Positions 59,611-64,000 of a DNA stretch of 64,000 nt are shown here, one piece after another (the stretch's first letter is position 1; each line of letters begins with the position of its first letter). Location of the stretch: contig CBDDLR010000001.1 in the NCBI GenBank assembly GCA_965230765.1, positions 2,696,515-2,760,514 of the forward strand, given 5' to 3'. The notes beneath the pieces were generated by a model, which was not told the DNA's origin, did no database searches, and saw only the letters and a program-made list of their open reading frames with translations. Position numbers and translations under genes: made by a program. This DNA is from Sunxiuqinia sp. Lineage in GTDB: Bacteria > Bacteroidota > Bacteroidia > Bacteroidales > Prolixibacteraceae.

Positions 59611-59735
59611 GGTCACTTGTATGTGGTCGGGCGGGATTTCGTGCAGAAATCCAGTCAGACCGGTAGGAGAGTAGCCGGAAGGTTTGACTTGTCAAACCGA
59701 TAAAAGCCCCGCCTGCCATATACAATTTGTTAACC
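59604..59735 (-). repeat. attC-like site 23 (family A)
   Basis: TAACCATAAC(59610)...G(59729)TTAACCAC. Confidence 0.85.
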
Positions 59736-59743
59736 ACTGATTT

Positions 59744-60358
59744 TTAATATTTTTCTTTTCTTTCAAATTTGTCGTTTTGTGTCAAGTAATGAATTGCAAT
59801 TATTAGCCTGACTTTTGGGTCTTTGATGTTATAATTTTTATAATTCTTAATTAAGTCTCCTACCATTGTAGGTGAAATATCTCCTGCGATTTCGAGAGAG
59901 TTGTAATAATTGTTAATTACACTGTCTTGTTGCCCTAATGACTTTAAAAACTCCACGTATTTGCCTTGCCGATTTAATTGAATGTATTTCAATGAGTCAT
60001 TCGAGTCAGGTTTAGTCAACCAGCTAATTGTCCAAATATTATCAAATGTCTTTTTGTCGAGTTGATTATACATTCCCTTTTGGTCGTTGAAATTAATCGA
60101 TAGTTTAAAGTCTGACATTTTTTCAATGTCGGAGTTTTGCAGAAAAAAGTCTGTGTACACTTTTTCCAAATTATCTTGTTTATCACTCTCCGTCAAACCA
60201 ATACTTTTGTCAAAGAAACTTTGGATTTTTGTTAAGTCATTAATTTCAGTTGTATTAAACGACTCTTTGATTGTTAGGTCATTTGATAAGTCGTTTTGTC
60301 TTTGAGTAGTGCAACTGAGTGCAATAATCATGGTTGAAATCAGAAATAAATTTTTCAT
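59744..60358 (-). CDS. Hypothetical lipoprotein (cassette)
   Basis: MKNLFLISTMIIALSC lipobox. Confidence 0.65.
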   Translation of the reverse strand: MKNLFLISTMIIALSCTTQRQNDLSNDLTIKESFNTTEINDLTKIQSFFDKSIGLTESDKQDNLEKVYTDFFLQNSDIEKMSDFKLSINFNDQKGMYNQLDKKTFDNIWTISWLTKPDSNDSLKYIQLNRQGKYVEFLKSLGQQDSVINNYYNSLEIAGDISPTMVGDLIKNYKNYNIKDPKVRLIIAIHYLTQNDKFERKEKY

Positions 60359-60380
60359 TTGGCGTCAATTTTAAATTTGT

Positions 60381-60513
60381 GGTTAACGGTCACTTGTAAG
60401 TTGTCGTTGCGGATTTCGGTGAGCGTCAGCGTCCGGTAGGACCTGACTGCGATGCGAGAATCCGGCGAACAACACACCACGAACCCCGCAATGCAATTTA
60501 CAATTTGTTAGCA
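60381..60513 (-). repeat. attC-like site 24 (family C)
   Basis: GTGGTTAAC(60387)...G(60507)TTAGCAATT. Confidence 0.82.
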
Positions 60514-60520
60514 ATTGTTT

Positions 60521-61234
60521 TTATTTAATTTGTTGTCCACCTATATATTTTACGGAATCGAGTTTTATAAACTCAAATATCCCATTGTTGTATATTTGAA
60601 TTTTTGCAAATAATGTGTCAATCTCAAAACTGGTTGAATCATCGTTTAAACTTTCGTCATTGAATTGAGCCTTGTTAATTTTGAAAATACTATCATTTTC
60701 CCAGTAACCTGTGTCATTTTCACTCCAACCACCGTCACCTCCGGTAAGCCCAAAAACAGCTATGTTTATTGGTGTTAAATTCTCTTTACTCAATGAAACA
60801 CCATAAACAGTATTGCAACAATATTCATTTGCATGTATGAATGAAAAGAAATGAAAGTTTGAAAATTCCTTATGTTGATAAAACCTGAATTCTTCTGGGT
60901 ATTTTACTCCTAGTTTATCTGTCCAGCCAAATTTTATATCTTGCTCTTTTACATACTTCTCAAGGAACTCAACAGGAATTTTTTGGAGATCGTAAATATT
61001 TAAGTTCTCAATATTAAATGAATCACTCATTAGTATCGTTGAGTTTTTTATATAGTTCCAGTCGTATGTTTTACTTGAATTATTTGGCTTTTTTTTCACA
61101 ACAATCTCAAATCCATCTTCAACGGGAATAATTTCTCCTGTTCTTATCGTTTCGCCATTTAGTTTAATCGATTTATTCTGAGTATAACCAATAAGAAAAG
61201 AACCTAATAATAGTAATGTCAAAATAATTTTCAT
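60521..61234 (-). CDS. Hypothetical secreted protein (cassette)
   Basis: Probable start MKIILTLLLL at 61234; the track's upstream extension lies inside the attC. Confidence 0.6.
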   Translation of the reverse strand: MKIILTLLLLGSFLIGYTQNKSIKLNGETIRTGEIIPVEDGFEIVVKKKPNNSSKTYDWNYIKNSTILMSDSFNIENLNIYDLQKIPVEFLEKYVKEQDIKFGWTDKLGVKYPEEFRFYQHKEFSNFHFFSFIHANEYCCNTVYGVSLSKENLTPINIAVFGLTGGDGGWSENDTGYWENDSIFKINKAQFNDESLNDDSTSFEIDTLFAKIQIYNNGIFEFIKLDSVKYIGGQQIK

Positions 61235-61254
61235 ACTTCTGTTTTTAAAATAAT

Positions 61255-61376
61255 TGCTAACGGTTGGTACATGTTGCGGAGCGGATTTCGGAGTGATTTT
61301 CCGTCCGATAGGATGGAAAATTGATGCGAGAGCCGCAGTTACAAACCGCACCACCCCCGCTCTGAAAATGTTGTGT
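61255..61376 (-). repeat. attC-like site 25 (family C, about 10 nt short)
   Basis: AATTGCTAAC(61261)...G(61370)TTGTGTGCC. Confidence 0.65.
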
Positions 61377-61423
61377 GCCCGTGCTTTGTCTTCGTAGTCA
61401 GTCTGTGCGAGGGACTAGCCATA

Positions 61424-61476
61424 CTCTTTGGCAAGTTTTGGATTGCGTGATGGCTTGTGCGACTTGCCAATGTGTA
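61424..61476. repeat. Defence-associated 9-25-9 repeat, copy d
   Basis: Arms TTGGCAAGT (61428-36) and ACTTGCCAA (61462-70), 25 nt spacer. Confidence 0.72.
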
Positions 61477-61492
61477 TGGATGTGCGGCTCGG

Positions 61493-63004
61493 CTAGAATC
61501 CATAAACACTTTTAATCAATTCATTATTTCTTTTTTCAAGTTCTGAATCGTAATCTTCTCCATTTTTTAGTTGATTCATAATTTGAGAAATATTGTCTGA
61601 TATCTGAATCCTAATATTTTCATTTGGTTTTATAAATGGAATTTTCTTAATGTAATTCGATGAATTGTTTGTTGATGGGTTAATTGTCCTAATTAAAGTA
61701 TTACAAGTTGGAGAATTAAAAAAAGCTAATAGATATTCTAATAGCTCTATTTTTTTTGGGAAAATCCCAACTATCGATTGGTCAAATAATCTTTTATCAA
61801 TTAAAGCTCCGGTAATTGAACTTGAACTAACCATTGGAACAGCAATTCCCTTTTTAAAATAAAATGAAGAGTTCTGATATCGTGCTTTTTTATCCTTTTT
61901 AAAAAAACTAACCAAATCAGATGACCAGTTCATAAACCAATTGTCAGGTTTGTAATATTTTGTATTGCCTCCTTTTACGATTGGTACAAATGCTTTTTCT
62001 GTTTGTATTCCGTTTAATAGAGTTTCATTACATTGAAAAGTAATTTTATCTTTCGGTACTACATCGTATCTTTTTGAGTTTCTAATTTTCTTGCTTATAA
62101 CTTTTAAGTATTCTTTGTCATTTCCTGAATAAAATCCAGTAACACAATCACAGATTTCGCCAATAATCATTTCTGTTTCTTTAATGCAAGAAGAAATTTG
62201 AGGATTTGAATTATTTATAAAAGCATGGTCATTATTAGAAATAACATCTTTCTGCTTTAGTTTAATTACCTCCAAATTTTCCGAGTCATTAGTTCCGAGT
62301 TCATCAACATTGTTGTAACCTTTTATAATTTTAAACTCATTGCCTGCGCAGGCTTTGTAGTCCGAGCATTTTTCTAAAGCTATAATTGAAAGATTTGCAT
62401 AACCAAAATTAACACCTGGAAAATATGAAGATGGGAAAAGGGCAATCTCTTTTAATTTTGTTTTTGAAAGTATAAACTTTCTGATATCCTTATGCATATG
62501 AAGATTTAGATATGTATCGGGAATGATAAATACCAAACGACCTCCCTCTTTTAATGATTCTATGCTTCTATAAAGGAAAAGCGAATAGCTTTCTTTTGCA
62601 TAGAAACCATTAAACCTCTTTTTTAACAGTTTTCTGTCTTCTGTGTTTCTCCACGCTCCATATGGCGGATTTGCAATTACCGCATCATATTTACCACCCA
62701 TTGAACATAGAAACTCCAATTCACTGTCGGTTAAAGTATCTGTTTGTTTAATGGAAATATTTTTAAAGTTAGAATACTTTACTGCTAAGTTTTTTATTGA
62801 GTCTTCATTTAGCTCATAAGCTTCAATGCTTACCTCTCTATGTTTATTTACTATTGGGTCAATAAAGACGCCATCTCCAGCGCAAGGTTCAAATATTGTC
62901 TCATTACCTTTAAGGTTTAAAAGGTTTACCATGTAATCTACAATGGGAGTTGATTTTGTATAGTAAGCCTGATATATTCTATTTTCACTAATCATAGCTA
63001 CCAA
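61493..63004 (-). CDS. N6-adenine DNA methyltransferase (type II R-M, gamma class)
   Basis: FEPCAGDG (motif I), IANPPYG (motif IV), FIIPDTYL, C-terminal TRD. Confidence 0.9.
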   Translation of the reverse strand: MVAMISENRIYQAYYTKSTPIVDYMVNLLNLKGNETIFEPCAGDGVFIDPIVNKHREVSIEAYELNEDSIKNLAVKYSNFKNISIKQTDTLTDSELEFLCSMGGKYDAVIANPPYGAWRNTEDRKLLKKRFNGFYAKESYSLFLYRSIESLKEGGRLVFIIPDTYLNLHMHKDIRKFILSKTKLKEIALFPSSYFPGVNFGYANLSIIALEKCSDYKACAGNEFKIIKGYNNVDELGTNDSENLEVIKLKQKDVISNNDHAFINNSNPQISSCIKETEMIIGEICDCVTGFYSGNDKEYLKVISKKIRNSKRYDVVPKDKITFQCNETLLNGIQTEKAFVPIVKGGNTKYYKPDNWFMNWSSDLVSFFKKDKKARYQNSSFYFKKGIAVPMVSSSSITGALIDKRLFDQSIVGIFPKKIELLEYLLAFFNSPTCNTLIRTINPSTNNSSNYIKKIPFIKPNENIRIQISDNISQIMNQLKNGEDYDSELEKRNNELIKSVYGF

Positions 63005-63912
63005 GTTAAATATTGAATTAAATCGTTTTCCTTAAGGTGTTTAATGAAGTCAGCATTCAAATCTTCAGTCCACTTAATGTGTGTGTCAATCCATGCTCTA
63101 ATATCATACCCCGAATACTTTTTTAACTGTTCATATGTGTCAGTTCCTGAATAAGCACTCCAAATTCCAGAGTTTTTTAAAGTATTAAAATAATTATTAT
63201 TCTCGTCAGAACGAACGAAAATCAATGGTTCATAATTCTCTTCCAAGTTGTGATATATACTTGCAACAAGTAATAGTCTATTAGTGTTTCCTTTTTCATT
63301 TGAACCGAAACCACTTTTAAAATCAACAACATATTTTCTGCCATCGTAAATGAAATGAAGGTCAAGTTCTAGCTGAATTTCTCCAGATGTAACAAGTCCC
63401 CAAACTTTGTTATAATACTTCAATAATTGTTCTTTCTGCTTGTCTGTAATGTTTAAACTGTCTATATATTCTTCGATTTCACTTGCAAGTTGTTTTTTAA
63501 CGTCAGAAAAGAGGGGTGGAATAAATAACTCTAAATCGTTAATTGGATATTCAAAAGCAAGTTTGCAAAAAGGTTCCCAAAGTTCTCCAATTCGACGAGA
63601 AAATGCCATGTATTCATATGACCAAACAGAATGGCGTACCTCAAGCATTACAACATAATTGCAATAGGTTACCATCAATACACTTTCAAGAATTTCGGCA
63701 TTTGTCCAATCGTCTTTCTTCGCTTTCTGTTCAATTATTTCAATAACCGTTGAACGTGCTTTAACAAGTAAGGTGTTTAATTTCTTTGCCTTTTTCTTGT
63801 ATTCAGTATTGCCATATTCGTCATTAACTTCTGCGATAAATTCAGTTGACCTATCCCTGAAATATTTAAGAAGTTTTTCCTTTTCGTTTCTTATTTCTTT
63901 TGAAATATCCAT
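62998..63912 (-). CDS. Putative type II restriction endonuclease
   Basis: Overlaps the MTase start; RRIGELWE...ELDLHF...VVDFKSG PD-(D/E)xK-like. Confidence 0.6.
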   Translation of the reverse strand: MDISKEIRNEKEKLLKYFRDRSTEFIAEVNDEYGNTEYKKKAKKLNTLLVKARSTVIEIIEQKAKKDDWTNAEILESVLMVTYCNYVVMLEVRHSVWSYEYMAFSRRIGELWEPFCKLAFEYPINDLELFIPPLFSDVKKQLASEIEEYIDSLNITDKQKEQLLKYYNKVWGLVTSGEIQLELDLHFIYDGRKYVVDFKSGFGSNEKGNTNRLLLVASIYHNLEENYEPLIFVRSDENNNYFNTLKNSGIWSAYSGTDTYEQLKKYSGYDIRAWIDTHIKWTEDLNADFIKHLKENDLIQYLTW

Positions 63913-63914
63913 AA

Positions 63915-63998
63915 TTATTTTTTCTGCTTTAAATAATTTACTTTTTGCTCCGCAACTTTCAGGGCATCAATTCCATATTCATCATCCTCAATGTCATA
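63915..63998 (-). CDS. 3' end of a gene, possibly an XRE-HTH controller (C) protein
   Basis: ...YDIEDDEYGIDALKVAEQKVNYLKQKK* ends 2 nt before the REase start; family call from memory. Confidence 0.4.
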   Translation of the reverse strand, partial: YDIEDDEYGIDALKVAEQKVNYLKQKK

Positions 63999-64000
63999 TA

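Larger units (their letters stand above)
29560..64000 (-). mobile_element. Integron-like gene cassette array (24 complete cassettes + 1 partial; no integrase in window)
   Basis: 25 attC-like sites; co-oriented minus-strand cargo; flanking boxes reverse-complementary across the cargo in 21 of 24 cassettes. Confidence 0.88.

Noticed and set aside
29558-61354. ORFs or N-terminal extensions spanning attC sites (29558, 29577, 32148, 54192, 54232, 57800, extension of 60521-61354)
   Set aside because: Translation through GC-rich palindromes with no recognisable protein signal.
29560-61376. Repeat array as CRISPR
   Set aside because: Repeats are ~130 bp and the intervening segments are 0.4-5.4 kb, mostly whole genes; no cas genes are present.
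29560-61376. Repeats as tRNA genes or IS/MITE insertions
   Set aside because: The cloverleaf-like interior lacks tRNA D/T-loop consensus and CCA. There are no target-site duplications or transposase, and the end boxes pair across cargo rather than across the repeat.
29560-64000. Integron integrase or attI in the window
   Set aside because: No ORF with tyrosine-recombinase R-H-x-x-R-Y motifs was seen; the array stays integrase-less within this window.

Overview
Bacteroidota chromosomal window (Rnf operon preceded by rseC, TAnnTTTG promoters, ECF sigma/FecR pair) with two parts. Positions 1-~27 kb are mostly housekeeping: 5' part of a type I restriction subunit (hsdR), recG, an esterase, an HD-PycTM / phosphoesterase-kinase-like-Omp85 / His-phosphatase operon, rseC-rnfBCDGEA, ECF sigma/FecR, two DUF3857-transglutaminase genes and several conserved singletons. 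From ~29.5 kb to the window end lies an AT-rich, integron-like gene cassette array. All its genes are on the minus strand, separated by 25 attC-like imperfect palindromes (nnnnAAC...GTTnnnn). Their core-to-core distance is nearly fixed (118-121 nt in the 23 intact sites) although they fall into about five sequence families. In 21 of 24 complete cassettes the 9-10 nt boxes on either side of the cargo are perfect reverse complements, the signature of site-specific excision and re-integration of circular cassettes. Cargo includes envelope proteins, proteases, a SLATT effector, a 5.6 kb DndC/SBD-HNH/DndE-ATPase/AlbA_2 cassette, four ORF-less cassettes in two duplicated types, and a type II R-M cassette cut by the window edge. 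No integrase is in the window. A second repeat (9-10 bp inverted arms, 25 nt spacer, covarying arms) occurs four times, always beside defence genes, and flanks the Dnd module as a direct repeat inside its cassette, suggesting a nested second mobility system. All family assignments come from motif recognition by eye, not database searches.
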